NCBI GenBank assembly: GCA_040377305.1
Contig: JBEIPA010000002.1
Span: 96,001-160,000, forward strand
Reading direction: 5' to 3'
Length of the DNA: 64,000 nt
From: Flavobacteriales bacterium
Lineage (GTDB): Bacteria > Bacteroidota > Bacteroidia > Palsa-965
Within the stretch, counting starts at the first letter, position 1. Every line of letters starts with the position of its first letter. Both the position numbers and the translations under genes were made by a program. Below are positions 1-10,174 of this stretch, one piece after another. A model generated the notes under the pieces. The model saw only the letters and a list, made by a program, of their open reading frames with translations. It ran no database searches and was not told the origin of the DNA.

Positions 1-2508
1 CAGGAATCCGGAACCGATAATCCAGTTGAACTTCGCAGATGGCGTGTGATAGTAATAAGCGTTACTCGTTTCAACAGACTGCGTGTTGCGCGTAAGTACG
101 TAAGTCGAATTCCAACCGAGCGTGAAATCAAATATTTCGTTGATGTTGCTCGTCATTGCTGCTCCTGCACCGAATGTATTCGAGAATGCAATGTTCTTCA
201 CGCCGTTAATGACACCCGGAGATGAATTCAAGCCATACGACCAATTCAGGTTAAGATTACTTTTGAGTTTGTTAACGGGCGTACTCCAGGCACCGAACGT
301 GTTTAATGTATAATATCCCTGAAGATTCACAGGTTTTGTATACTGCCCGCCACGTGAGAGTGTAACACCGTTTCCAACCACGGTATCGCTCTGCGCAATG
401 AGCAATGAGGATCCAATATAATCGGAGATCATACTTCCGGAAACGAACAAGAAGAAACTGCTCGATGTTTCCAGATTGGTGAATGTATACCGCGAAAACA
501 TCATGTGCGTGTAGCTCTGCTTCAGGTATGGATTTCCCGATGACAAAAGCAAGGGATTTGTATTGTCAATCACAGATTGCAATTGTGTAACCGACGGAAC
601 GTTTGTTGAACTCCTGTATGTAACACGAATAGATGTGCTCTTCTTCTTTTTGATTTGCAGGGTGATAGACGGAAGAAGATTGTAGAATGTTTTGGATGTT
701 GTGAGGCTATCCGGAAAGAAATTCTGTCCGTCAAGATCCGTTCGGACTCCATCCAATCCTAAGTTCCAGGAAACGCCATCCTTGTTGATGCGGTATGATA
801 CTCCGGCTTTGTGAGCCATCACACGGTTCTCATAATTGCTGGTAACCGTTGAATCAACTTTGATGTAGTCTGTAGCGAGTGAATCGTATTCGAGAGTACG
901 CTTATTCGATGTGTTGAGCGACCAGCTGGGATTGTACGTGAAGGAAATAATTCCTGTTTTTCCGGCTTTTTCACTCCACGTAATTACCGGTGAAATCATC
1001 CAACTCAATCCAATAAGCGAAGAATTCTGGTTGATGTATTCAGAAGAATCTGTCACTCCATGCCACGTGTTTTGTGAACGCAGTTTTCCGGATCCTTCCT
1101 TGTCCGAGTAACTTCCATTGAGTTCTACCGAAACAGTACGTCCTGGTTTGGAGAATCGATGGCTATACGTTGCCGATCCACTCAATGCCCAGGATGTATT
1201 CAATGATGAATTGTTGCTGGATGTTGAGCTCAGTAAATTTCCATTCTCGGCATTCGCTGCCTGCACCACACTGGAGAAGTCGGTAAAATTGTAATTGAAC
1301 TTTGGCGCGAATACAAATTTGTTCAATGAATCGGCATTGTACTCGAAACGCAGATTTGCACGATGTGAAACGTTCTTCGCATTCGAAGAACTGTTCTGGA
1401 AGTACGTATTTCCTAAAGCAGGTGCATAATACGTGCGATTCAGAAACGACTCGTTCACATTATCCGTTGTGTTGAAGAAATAGCTTCCGCTCAACTGAGT
1501 CTTCGGATTAAACTTGTTCGTGTAGTTCAATCCGAATGAGCTCACGCCTGTAATTCCGTTTTGCTTTCCGATCGAAAAGCCGTTATCGCCTCCTCTTCCC
1601 CGTCCGCCTCCGCGACTACCTCCACTGTTCCCGGTTACGCCACTCAAGTCCGACTGAGAAAAGTTCACCTGATTGATGTTGTTGAAGTTCCCGAGAAAAG
1701 TAAATTTTTGCTGACCACGAAAATCGTTAACCACAAATCCGGACTGATAATGATCTTCGGTTCCATAACCGGCGTAAACTTTCCCGAACGTCGCATTCGA
1801 GTACTGATTCTTCGTGACGATATTCATCGCCTTCTTCGTATTTCCATCATCGACACCCGAGAAAACGGACTGGTCGCTTTTCTGATCGAAAATCTGAATC
1901 TTCTCCACCATATCGGCAGGCATATTCTTCAATACGGAAGTCGCGTCTTCACCAAAATATTCTTTCCCATCAACGAGAACCTTCTGAACCGTTTCACCTT
2001 GCGCTCTCACTTCACCATTCACCACCTGTATACCAGGCATCTTGGCTACAAGATCTTCAGCAGTTGCATCCGGATTGGTTTTGAAAGCAGCTGCATTCAT
2101 TTCAATCGTATCGTTCTTCGGAACTACGCGTACCATGTTCGTGCGAATGACAACCGTGTTTAGCAGATTCGAGTCGGCATACATGGGAATAACTCCCAGA
2201 TCAATCGAAGAATCACGCAACATGATGGTTTGAGTAATCGGAACAAAACTCGAATAACGAATCGTCATCCGGTATCGTCCGCGTTCAAGATTCTCGAATA
2301 CAAATTTCCCGGATGTATCAGCAACATTACCTCTTAACGCTGAATCTGGAAAGTGTCGCAACGTGATTACTGCGCCGTAAAGTGCAGCGGTATCGGTTGC
2401 ACTTACAAGCTGACCCTTGATCGATAATTGAGCGTGGAGACGGTTTCCCTGAACTGCAGTCAGAAGCAGCGCACACATCACAAAAAGAATCCGAACCGAT
2501 TTAATCAC
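1..2508 (-). CDS. Outer-membrane beta-barrel / TonB-dependent receptor-like protein with N-terminal carboxypeptidase-regulatory-like domain (3' end runs off the window)
   Basis: Absent from the ORF track because it has no stop in the window. Manual minus-strand translation from GTG 2508 gives a signal peptide (VIKSVRILFVMCALLLTAVQGNRLHAQ), then DTIEMNAAAFKTNPDATAEDLVAKMPGIQV...GETVQKVLVDGKEYFGED, typical of the Bacteroidota plug/OMP beta-barrel family. Confidence 0.85.
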   Translation of the reverse strand, partial: MIKSVRILFVMCALLLTAVQGNRLHAQLSIKGQLVSATDTAALYGAVITLRHFPDSALRGNVADTSGKFVFENLERGRYRMTIRYSSFVPITQTIMLRDSSIDLGVIPMYADSNLLNTVVIRTNMVRVVPKNDTIEMNAAAFKTNPDATAEDLVAKMPGIQVVNGEVRAQGETVQKVLVDGKEYFGEDATSVLKNMPADMVEKIQIFDQKSDQSVFSGVDDGNTKKAMNIVTKNQYSNATFGKVYAGYGTEDHYQSGFVVNDFRGQQKFTFLGNFNNINQVNFSQSDLSGVTGNSGGSRGGGRGRGGDNGFSIGKQNGITGVSSFGLNYTNKFNPKTQLSGSYFFNTTDNVNESFLNRTYYAPALGNTYFQNSSSNAKNVSHRANLRFEYNADSLNKFVFAPKFNYNFTDFSSVVQAANAENGNLLSSTSSNNSSLNTSWALSGSATYSHRFSKPGRTVSVELNGSYSDKEGSGKLRSQNTWHGVTDSSEYINQNSSLIGLSWMISPVITWSEKAGKTGIISFTYNPSWSLNTSNKRTLEYDSLATDYIKVDSTVTSNYENRVMAHKAGVSYRINKDGVSWNLGLDGVRTDLDGQNFFPDSLTTSKTFYNLLPSITLQIKKKKSTSIRVTYRSSTNVPSVTQLQSVIDNTNPLLLSSGNPYLKQSYTHMMFSRYTFTNLETSSSFFLFVSGSMISDYIGSSLLIAQSDTVVGNGVTLSRGGQYTKPVNLQGYYTLNTFGAWSTPVNKLKSNLNLNWSYGLNSSPGVINGVKNIAFSNTFGAGAAMTSNINEIFDFTLGWNSTYVLTRNTQSVETSNAYYYHTPSAKFNWIIGSGFL

Positions 2509-2526
2509 GTAGAATAATTAGCTTAG

Positions 2527-2534
2527 CAAAGATA
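2527..2534 (-). promoter_or_regulatory. Bacteroidota sigma-A -7 element (TATCTTTG) for the OM beta-barrel gene
   Basis: Matches the TAnnTTTG consensus, 18 nt upstream of the GTG start. Confidence 0.55.
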
Positions 2535-2693
2535 CGATTCACATTCCCAACGGTTTGACAAAAAGTGCTAATCGCGGCGAAACACGCACATTATCACCAG
2601 AAAGTGTTAGGAAAATTCGTGCCAGGCATCACCTTCATTTTGCAGAATGAAGTTGATATTTTACCTTTAGAAAACACATTAAACCCATTTACA

Positions 2694-3152
2694 ATGACGT
2701 TACAAGAAGTTACTCCTATGGTGGAGGCAAGTCTCGCAGGATTGAAAGTTGATCCGGCACTTTGTCGTGGTGAAAAACCAGGACAATGGTCGTACACAAT
2801 CAAAGGATCTGCAGTTTGGATCGACGTTTTCAGCTCTGAAGCGAATGCTGGAAAATGGTACATCCAGGTGATGAGTCCCATTTGTGAAGTTCCGGACAGA
2901 AAGACTGCTGAGTTTTATCAGGATCTTCTGGAGATCAATTACAATCTCTACGGATCATGGATCTGCAAAAAGAACAACTGGCTTTACATCACTTGCCTTC
3001 GCGAAACAGTAGGCATTGACCAAAGTGAAATTGATGCTACGCTGGACCGCATCGGGTTTTACGGAAGCGATTACAAAGCAAAACTTACGTTCAAGTACGA
3101 AGGTTCCTGGAATCCAAAAGTGGTTGAGCCGATTACTGGCGGAAGAGGATAG
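2694..3152 (+). CDS. YbjN / T3SS-chaperone-like (CesT-fold) domain protein
   Basis: WSYTIKGSAVWIDV...FYQDLLEINYNL pattern. The start was moved from 2565 to the ATG at 2694, which follows an A-rich leader. Confidence 0.65.
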   Translation: MTLQEVTPMVEASLAGLKVDPALCRGEKPGQWSYTIKGSAVWIDVFSSEANAGKWYIQVMSPICEVPDRKTAEFYQDLLEINYNLYGSWICKKNNWLYITCLRETVGIDQSEIDATLDRIGFYGSDYKAKLTFKYEGSWNPKVVEPITGGRG

Positions 3153-3177
3153 GTTCTCGTCCAGAAGAACATCGGGT

Positions 3178-3316
3178 TACGTGGACTGAAGTCCTCGGTT
3201 ATCATCTCTATTACAGACTATTTAATGTGCAAGAGCCCAGACAGATTCTCTGTCTGGGCTCTTGCACATCATGCACAATAAAAATGAAATGATAACCGTG
3301 GGCTTCAGCCCACGTA
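3178..3316. repeat. Nested inverted repeat (REPIN-like): two REP palindromes flanking a perfect 21-bp hairpin
   Basis: 3178-3205 and 3289-3316 are reverse complements with 3 mismatches in 28 nt. The inner arms 3225-3245 and 3249-3269 pair perfectly around a TTC loop. Confidence 0.85.
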
Positions 3317-3556
3317 TTCAAATCGTGGAACTAACTTCCCTTCCACAACAACATTTTCGGTGAACATACGGAGTGGTCTTACCCACAAAGTATGTTCACC
3401 TTTTTCGTTTGTGTTGTCAGGGTTTACTTCTGAAACCGGAGCAAGGGGGCGATAAACAACAAGTACTTCGAGTGTTTCACTGTGTTGGGCAAGATCAATT
3501 ACTTCGTAAAGATTGCCTTTGTAGTGACGATATTTTCCTTTGCGTAAATCCGGCAT
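3305..3556 (-). CDS. DUF1653 domain protein
   Basis: GKYRHYKGNLYEV...HSET...VVYRPL...LWVRPLRMF...PRFEY signature. Confidence 0.9.
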   Translation of the reverse strand: MPDLRKGKYRHYKGNLYEVIDLAQHSETLEVLVVYRPLAPVSEVNPDNTNEKGEHTLWVRPLRMFTENVVVEGKLVPRFEYVG

Positions 3557-3564
3557 GAACGAAC

Positions 3565-3948
3565 TTATTGTTTGAGAGTAATACCCTTACCAACCAATTC
3601 TTCGTGTGATAAGGTTGGAAATCCACCACCAGCCTTGAGCTTTTCTACCACGAGTTGTGCGATAATCCCTGCTTCGTCTTCGTTTACAAATCCAGCAGTG
3701 CCGGGCTCACCAGGAATATTTGTTTGATGGATGAGTTTCTTATCTCCATCGTATACGTCGTAACCATAACCATTTGGAGCGCCAGAACTATCGATATTCG
3801 CAAACACCTCGTAATGATAGAAGGTAGGCTGAACTTCAGCTGAAGTCGCAACCGGAACCGTTACCATGGAGGGTTCCTTTTCAGGAGACGTCCCGCACCC
3901 CTGCAGGATAAAAAAACATGAAATTGCCAGTGATAAAGTGCGTTGCAT
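3565..3948 (-). CDS. DUF4907-family lipoprotein
   Basis: Lipobox LQGC, and GYGYDVY..KLIHQTNIPGEPG..GF..EDEA..AQLVVEKL motif. Confidence 0.75.
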   Translation of the reverse strand: MQRTLSLAISCFFILQGCGTSPEKEPSMVTVPVATSAEVQPTFYHYEVFANIDSSGAPNGYGYDVYDGDKKLIHQTNIPGEPGTAGFVNEDEAGIIAQLVVEKLKAGGGFPTLSHEELVGKGITLKQ

Positions 3949-4199
3949 ACCTCAACAACTTTACGAATAATTAGTGGGAAAGCGAAAGAAATAAGGATTG
4001 ACCAGGGTGAATTACGCTCGTTCAGAGACATCTGTTCCCCGTATTCCGGAATCCAAATTCCCAAGTGTTAAAACGTGCAAATGTCAGTAACGATACGAAG
4101 TTTCCTGCGTCTCACACACGTTGATTCTCGCTCAAATGACCAGTTATCGTGCAATATGATTATTCCATCGCATTCTTACCCGCAGGCTTAAAGATTGTC

Positions 4200-4207
4200 T
4201 AATTTTG
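4200..4207 (+). promoter_or_regulatory. -7 promoter element TAATTTTG
   Basis: TAnnTTTG consensus 27 nt before ATG 4235. Confidence 0.55.
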
Positions 4208-4234
4208 CGGGCGCTTCGCTCTATACAAAACCCT

Positions 4235-6613
4235 ATGAAGCAATCTCGACATCTCGTTCTATTTCTTCTTTTCAGCTTGTTCGTTTTATCACTAAACGCA
4301 CAAGCTAACCGCTACACTATTTCCGGATACATACGCGACGCTTCAAACGGTGAAGCGCTCATCGGTGCAACTGTAATGCTCAAGTCTCCGCTTGCTGGTA
4401 CGGTGACAAACACATACGGATTCTTCTCGCTAACCGCAGATGCTGGTACGTACGAATTCTCGGTGGTGTACATCGGCATGGAAGCATACATCGACAGCCT
4501 AACGTTGTCGAAAGACACGTTCATGGAAGTCCGTTTGAAGACCCGCGAATTGAAAGAAGTTGTAATCACAGACGACAAAGCCGATCAGAATATCGATGAT
4601 GCACAAATGGGTACCGTTCGTCTCGAAATGAAAACCGTGAGTAAGCTCCCGGCCTTCATGGGAGAAGTTGATATTCTGAAAACCATTCAGCTACTACCCG
4701 GAGTTAAAGGTGGTGCAGAAGGCAATTCCGGCTTTTATGTTCGCGGCGGTGGTCCTGACCAAAACCTGATTCTGCTTGACGAAGCTACCGTGTACAATGC
4801 GGGCCACTTATTCGGATTCTTCTCTGTATTCAATGGAGATGCAGTGAAAGACATTAACCTCATCAAAGGTGGAATGCCTGCACAATATGGCGGACGACTT
4901 TCCTCTGTGTTGGACATCTCCATGAAAGAAGGAAATGATCAGCACTTCCAGGTAAACGGAGGAATTGGCGTCATTGCTTCACGCATCACCGTACAAGGAC
5001 CGATCAAAAAGGACACGGCGTCGTTCATTATTGCGGCCAGAAGAACCTACATCGATGTGTTGATGAAACCATTCGTGAAAGAATCATCTCCGTTCAAAGG
5101 CTCCGGATATTATTTCTACGATCTCAACACCAAAATAAACTGGCGTATCAACGACAAGAATCGTGTTTTCGCCAGCGGATATTTTGGTCGCGATGTATTC
5201 ACGTACAACAATGCAGAATCAGGTTTCAAAGTTGGAATTCCATGGGGAAACGCAACTACATCGATACGTTGGAACCATTTGTTCGGACCTCGTTTATTCC
5301 TGAACACAACTGCAGTCTTCAGCGATTACAAATTTGAATTCATTGCAGAGCAGGATGGATTTGAATTCAAACTCTTCTCCGGCATCCGCGATTTCAACGG
5401 CAAACTCGATTTTTATTTCCAGCCGAATAACAATCACAATATTCGCTTCGGCGGAAATTACACCTGGCACATTTTCACTCCGAACAACGTTTCTGCAAAA
5501 GCAGGTGAAACCGTTTTTGATCTTGGCGGATTGATTAAACAGTACGCACACGAAAGCGGAATTTATATCAACGACGATTGGGATATCACCGACCGATGGA
5601 GAGTTTCTTATGGAGTTCGTTATTCATACTTCATGCAGGTGGGACCGTTTGATCGCTACGTGAAAGATGTAACCGGACGCACGGTTGATACAATCAGCTA
5701 CAACAAATTCAAAAAGGTTGCTGACTATGGCGGAATCGAACCACGCATCAGTGTGCGATTCATGGTCGACGAAACTTCATCGATCAAAGCGGCATTCACA
5801 CGTAATCTGCAGTACGTACACCTTGCAACGATCTCTCCTATTTCCTTGCCAACCGATATTTGGGTTCCATGTTCGGATGTGGTAAAACCTCAGGATGGAT
5901 TCCAGATTGCCGCTGGTTACTTCAAAAATTTCCATGACAACGATTTTGAAACGTCAGTAGAAATTTACTACAAGAGCATGAAGAACCAGGTTGAGTTCAT
6001 TCCCGGTGCACTTCCGGAAGACAACGTGAATAACAACACCGACAATAATTTCACATTCGGTTCCGGTGAGTCGTACGGTGCTGAATTCTTCATTAAGAAA
6101 CGTACAGGAAAATTCAACGGCTGGATCGGTTATACACTTTCGTGGACAACACGTACGTTTCCCGGAATTGAAAACGGAAGAACGTATTACGCACGGTACG
6201 ACCGTCGTCACGATGTTTCGGTTGTTACCATTTACGAACTGAATGAGCGTTGGACATTCGGTGCAGTATTTGTGTACGGAACAGGAAATGCAATCACGCT
6301 CCCGGAATCACGCTACATCATCGAAGGACAAATTGTTCCGGAATATGGTCCGCGCAACAGTTACCGAATGGCACCATACCACCGTGCAGATGTAAGCGCT
6401 ACATACACCTGCAAAAAGAAAAAATTGTTCAACAGACTTCCTTATCAGAACTCGTGGAACTTTGCAGTGTATAATGTTTACAACCGCCACAATCCGTATT
6501 TCATTTACTTCGACAACGAAGGAAGCATAGACACCGGGGATCTGAGAGTTTCTGCCAAACAGGTTTCGCTTTTCCCCATCATTCCTTCAGTTACATGGAA
6601 CTTCAGCTTTTAA
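4235..6613 (+). CDS. TonB-dependent receptor
   Basis: Signal peptide, N-terminal ISGYIRDASNGEALIGATV domain, plug motif LLPGV..GFYVRGGGPDQNLILLD, and C-terminal Phe (WNFSF). Confidence 0.93.
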   Translation: MKQSRHLVLFLLFSLFVLSLNAQANRYTISGYIRDASNGEALIGATVMLKSPLAGTVTNTYGFFSLTADAGTYEFSVVYIGMEAYIDSLTLSKDTFMEVRLKTRELKEVVITDDKADQNIDDAQMGTVRLEMKTVSKLPAFMGEVDILKTIQLLPGVKGGAEGNSGFYVRGGGPDQNLILLDEATVYNAGHLFGFFSVFNGDAVKDINLIKGGMPAQYGGRLSSVLDISMKEGNDQHFQVNGGIGVIASRITVQGPIKKDTASFIIAARRTYIDVLMKPFVKESSPFKGSGYYFYDLNTKINWRINDKNRVFASGYFGRDVFTYNNAESGFKVGIPWGNATTSIRWNHLFGPRLFLNTTAVFSDYKFEFIAEQDGFEFKLFSGIRDFNGKLDFYFQPNNNHNIRFGGNYTWHIFTPNNVSAKAGETVFDLGGLIKQYAHESGIYINDDWDITDRWRVSYGVRYSYFMQVGPFDRYVKDVTGRTVDTISYNKFKKVADYGGIEPRISVRFMVDETSSIKAAFTRNLQYVHLATISPISLPTDIWVPCSDVVKPQDGFQIAAGYFKNFHDNDFETSVEIYYKSMKNQVEFIPGALPEDNVNNNTDNNFTFGSGESYGAEFFIKKRTGKFNGWIGYTLSWTTRTFPGIENGRTYYARYDRRHDVSVVTIYELNERWTFGAVFVYGTGNAITLPESRYIIEGQIVPEYGPRNSYRMAPYHRADVSATYTCKKKKLFNRLPYQNSWNFAVYNVYNRHNPYFIYFDNEGSIDTGDLRVSAKQVSLFPIIPSVTWNFSF

Positions 6614-6617
6614 GATC

Positions 6618-7481
6618 ATGAGAAAACTTCTTCCATATCTCTTCCTCGCTGTATTCGCTGTTTCATGCGAAAAGGAAATCGGCATTGTGTTGCCCGATCC
6701 AGAATCACTCATTGTTGTCGACGGCGGCATCACTACAGGTGAAGTTGCAAAAGTCACACTCACATGGAGTGCAGGTTACTTTGATCCGCTTGATTCTGCT
6801 TCCTTAATCAACTACGTGATCACCACGAACGCGCTGGTGACCGTAACCGATGGCATTACAACAGATACACTCGCAGTAACGATAGATTTCAATCGTCCGA
6901 TTCCCTTTGTATGGGTTGGCTCAGATGTAATTGGTCAGGTCGGAAGAACATACACACTCACCGTAGTCGCCGATGGTAAAACGGTAACGAGCACAACCAC
7001 AATTCCAACGCCTGTTCCACTCGACAGCGTGTGGTTCGAACCGGAAATTCCTGGTGACAGTCTCGGTTTTGCATGGGCGCATTTGACAGATCCTGTAGGC
7101 TACGGCAACGGTTATCGCTGGTTCACGATGCGTTTAGGTGAAGACGCAACGTTCCTTCCACCTTTCGGTTCTTCATTCGACGACAACTTCATCGAAGGTC
7201 AATCTTTCGATTTCGGATATAGTCGCCCGTCATCATCGAACTCACAGCTGCCTGAAGACAACGATTTCCGTCGCGGCTATTTCATCACCGGCGATTCTAT
7301 TGTCGTGAAGTTCTGCGCAATTGGAATAGCCGAAGCCGACTTCTTCCGCACCTACGAAATTGAAGTGAGCAACAACGGAAATCCGTTCGCATCACCGGGT
7401 GTCATTGAATCGAATGTGGACGGTGGACTCGGTGTATTCTGCGGTTACAGTCCAAGTTACGACACGATCATCTGTCAGTAA
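6618..7481 (+). CDS. DUF4249-family lipoprotein (TonB receptor partner)
   Basis: Lipobox AVSC, CEKEI, LDSVWF, C-terminal SNVDGGLGVFCGY; directly downstream of the receptor. Confidence 0.85.
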   Translation: MRKLLPYLFLAVFAVSCEKEIGIVLPDPESLIVVDGGITTGEVAKVTLTWSAGYFDPLDSASLINYVITTNALVTVTDGITTDTLAVTIDFNRPIPFVWVGSDVIGQVGRTYTLTVVADGKTVTSTTTIPTPVPLDSVWFEPEIPGDSLGFAWAHLTDPVGYGNGYRWFTMRLGEDATFLPPFGSSFDDNFIEGQSFDFGYSRPSSSNSQLPEDNDFRRGYFITGDSIVVKFCAIGIAEADFFRTYEIEVSNNGNPFASPGVIESNVDGGLGVFCGYSPSYDTIICQ

Positions 7482-7531
7482 AACGATTAGTTGATTGTCA
7501 ATCTCTAATTAGCTGAAAAAAGGTCTTATCA

Positions 7532-7599
7532 ATCGGCATATCGGCACATCAGCATATCGGCATATCGGCATATCGGCACATAAGCACATCGGCACATCG
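7532..7599. repeat. Tandem octamer array ATCGGCAY x8
   Basis: Eight contiguous units read directly, two of them variant. Confidence 0.95.
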
Positions 7600-7676
7600 A
7601 TTCGGTGTTAATATCTGAATAGCTTTTGTCAATAAGGTCATAGTTTTTGATGTTAGCATCAACCCCATTCCGGTGT

Positions 7677-7684
7677 TACTTTTG
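7677..7684 (+). promoter_or_regulatory. -7 element TACTTTTG upstream of trxB
   Basis: TAnnTTTG consensus about 30 nt before the ATG. Confidence 0.6.
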
Positions 7685-7713
7685 CGGACACACAAATTCA
7701 ATTTCACACACGT

Positions 7714-8664
7714 ATGAGTGCTACACCCGAGAAAGTAAGTTGCCTGATTGTAGGATCAGGTCCTGCAGGATATACCGCTGCTATTTACGCAGCACGCGCC
7801 GATCTGAAACCAATGATGTACATGGGACCAGAGCCAGGCGGACAATTAACCACGACTACCGAAGTTGAGAACTATCCCGGATTTCCGAAGGGAGTTCAGG
7901 GTCCTGAAATGATGGAGCTTTTCAAAGAACAGGCTGCTCGTTTCAATACCGATATTCGTTACGGGTGGGCTACAAAAGTTGATTTCACCGGTCCGGTTCA
8001 CAAAGTCTGGATGGACGATGGTAAAATTGAAATTCACGCCGACACGGTAATCATTGCAACAGGAGCTACAGCGAAATGGCTCGGACTTCCATCGGAGCAG
8101 AAGTATCGTTCTATCGGTGGAGTTTCTGCTTGCGCTGTTTGTGATGGATTCTTCTACCGCGGAAAAGATGTTGCTATTGTAGGTGCAGGAGACACAGCTG
8201 CAGAGGAAGCAACCTATCTCGCGAAGCTCTGCAAAAAAGTCTACATGATCATCCGTAAAGGAGAAATGCGCGCTTCAAAAGCCATGCAGCATCGCGTTCT
8301 GAATACAGCGAATATCGAAGTACTTTATCATACCGAAACGAAAGAGGTCCTCGGAAACGACATGGGTGTGACTGGTGCAATTGTTCACAATTCTGCAACC
8401 GGTGAAGATCGCACACTGGACATTTACGGCTTCTTCGTTGCAATCGGACACAAACCAAACACCGATATTTTTAAAGGCTGGCTCGACATGGATGAATCAG
8501 GTTATCTGAAAACAATTCCAGGCACGAGCAAAACCAATATCGACGGTGTTTTCGCTGTGGGTGACGCGCAGGACAAAGTTTATCGTCAGGCCGTAACAGC
8601 AGCCGGAAGCGGATGTATGGGTGCGCTTGATGCAGAGCGTTATCTCGCTGCAAAAGGACACTAA
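7714..8664 (+). CDS. trxB: Thioredoxin-disulfide reductase
   Basis: GSGPAG FAD motif, CAVC redox centre, GAGDTA, and RQAVTAAGSG. Confidence 0.97.
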   Translation: MSATPEKVSCLIVGSGPAGYTAAIYAARADLKPMMYMGPEPGGQLTTTTEVENYPGFPKGVQGPEMMELFKEQAARFNTDIRYGWATKVDFTGPVHKVWMDDGKIEIHADTVIIATGATAKWLGLPSEQKYRSIGGVSACAVCDGFFYRGKDVAIVGAGDTAAEEATYLAKLCKKVYMIIRKGEMRASKAMQHRVLNTANIEVLYHTETKEVLGNDMGVTGAIVHNSATGEDRTLDIYGFFVAIGHKPNTDIFKGWLDMDESGYLKTIPGTSKTNIDGVFAVGDAQDKVYRQAVTAAGSGCMGALDAERYLAAKGH

Positions 8665-8772
8665 AACAGTAAGCTAGTTTGCGGTGCGCAGTTCGCAGTG
8701 AAAAGCAGGTTCCTGCACACTGCGTACTGCGCATTTATTTTTGCTGCTAATTTTGTACTTTCACGACTGAGC

Positions 8773-9510
8773 ATGCGCTTTATCTGCACACTTCTTCTCT
8801 TTATACTGTTTTCCCCGCTGCACGCGCAGTTCGGGAAGCAGAAAGACACGCGTAAGTACTATGTCTTCGCTGAAGTGTATGATTCATCGTACGGCATCGC
8901 GACTTACGAAAATCTGAACCGCTTAATGGGTGGAGATTCTGTTCGCTACAATCTGAAAGGCTGCGCAGCGCAAGGATGGTGGGAAGACTATTACAAAACC
9001 GGCACCATCATGCATTCCGGCTACTATCAGGACGGAATGCTTACGACGTACAAGAACTATTACGAGAATGGTCAACTCGAACGCGAGTTCAAATCAATCG
9101 ACTACTTCCGATACCAGATGGTTTTGTATTGGCCAAATGGAAAAGTCCGTTCAGACATCACCTACTTCGAGGGCGCGGAAGAAATTACACATGAATACTA
9201 CGAGAACGGCAATGCGGAATTCATGGAAGAGTATGCCGACAAGTGTGACTATCTGAAGTTTCGCCAGTTCTATTACGAGAATGGGAACCTGCAAAGTGAC
9301 ATGCAATTACTCAACAAGAAAAAGATGGTCTACACCCACAAAGACTATCACGAAAACGGGAAAGTGGAAGCAGAAGGCACTATGCAGTACTACGAAGAAA
9401 TTGACAACTACATGAAAGAAGGTTCATGGAAAGTCTACGATGAAACGGGGAAGTTGATTTCGATCGAAGAATACGTGCGCGGGCAGATGGTGTCGGAGAA
9501 AAAACAATAA
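8773..9510 (+). CDS. Secreted MORN-variant repeat protein (YwqK-like)
   Basis: Signal peptide MRFICTLLLFILFSPLHAQ and repeated YYENGxL units. The start was moved to ATG 8773. Confidence 0.75.
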   Translation: MRFICTLLLFILFSPLHAQFGKQKDTRKYYVFAEVYDSSYGIATYENLNRLMGGDSVRYNLKGCAAQGWWEDYYKTGTIMHSGYYQDGMLTTYKNYYENGQLEREFKSIDYFRYQMVLYWPNGKVRSDITYFEGAEEITHEYYENGNAEFMEEYADKCDYLKFRQFYYENGNLQSDMQLLNKKKMVYTHKDYHENGKVEAEGTMQYYEEIDNYMKEGSWKVYDETGKLISIEEYVRGQMVSEKKQ

Positions 9511-9580
9511 GTTCTAAGTTCACCGTTCAAAGTTCACCGTTATCGTGTTATAAATTCCGGATTTTTCCGGGAGTGGTAGA

Positions 9581-10174
9581 CTACCTCTTGTGACGAGCAG
9601 CCAGGACTTTTTCAACGTCACTTAGCGAATACCCCTTCGCAGATAAAAGCACGACATAGTGAAACAACAAATCAGCTGCTTCACCAAGAAACTTTTTCTC
9701 GTCATTGTCCTTCGATTCAATCACCAACTCAACAGCCTCCTCGCCTACTTTCTGCGCAATTTTATTAATCCCGGCAGCATAGAGTTGAGCTGTGTAGGAT
9801 GAAGATGGATCCGCACCTTTTCTTTTCTGGATAACTTCTTCCATCAAGGATAGAAAATTTCCTGTGTTTGATTCGCCCCAACACGTGTCTGTCCCCTTGT
9901 GACAAACCGGCCCGTTTGTCGTTGCTGTGATGAGAAGCGTATCGTTGTCGCAATCGAGTTTGATGGAAACAACATCCAGAAAATGTCCGCTCTCTTCACC
10001 TTTTGTCCACAAACGCTTTTTCGACCGCGAATAGAATGTGACACGATTACTCGCTTGTGTTGCCGCCAATGATTCAGCGTTCATATAACCAAGCATGAGA
10101 ACGTTATTGGTCACTGCATCCTGAATCACTGCAGGAATTAGTCCATCAGCATTTTTTGAGAAATCCGGATTCAT
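9581..10174 (-). CDS. hisIE: Bifunctional phosphoribosyl-AMP cyclohydrolase / phosphoribosyl-ATP diphosphatase
   Basis: [45 protein letters not shown]. Confidence 0.96.
   Translation of the reverse strand: MNPDFSKNADGLIPAVIQDAVTNNVLMLGYMNAESLAATQASNRVTFYSRSKKRLWTKGEESGHFLDVVSIKLDCDNDTLLITATTNGPVCHKGTDTCWGESNTGNFLSLMEEVIQKRKGADPSSSYTAQLYAAGINKIAQKVGEEAVELVIESKDNDEKKFLGEAADLLFHYVVLLSAKGYSLSDVEKVLAARHKR

Noticed and set aside
1561-2163. 200-aa + strand ORF
   Set aside because: Antisense shadow of the minus-strand beta-barrel gene, with no recognisable motifs.
2610-2624. Minus-strand sigma-54 box TGGCACGAATTTTCC
   Set aside because: The -12 element is non-consensus (CC), and a good sigma-A -7 element lies closer to the gene.
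2694-3152. Type III secretion locus suggested by the chaperone-like fold
   Set aside because: No T3SS genes nearby; stand-alone YbjN-like proteins are widespread.
7532-7599. CRISPR array (also considered for 27886-27938 and 30088-30250)
   Set aside because: The octamers are contiguous with no spacers. The 30-kb array has only two identical units, with a palindromic variant as the 'spacer'. No cas genes are present.
8773-9510. Toxin-antitoxin system (YwqK-like antitoxin)
   Set aside because: No adjacent toxin, and the protein has a signal peptide. MORN-variant repeat proteins are common in Bacteroidota.
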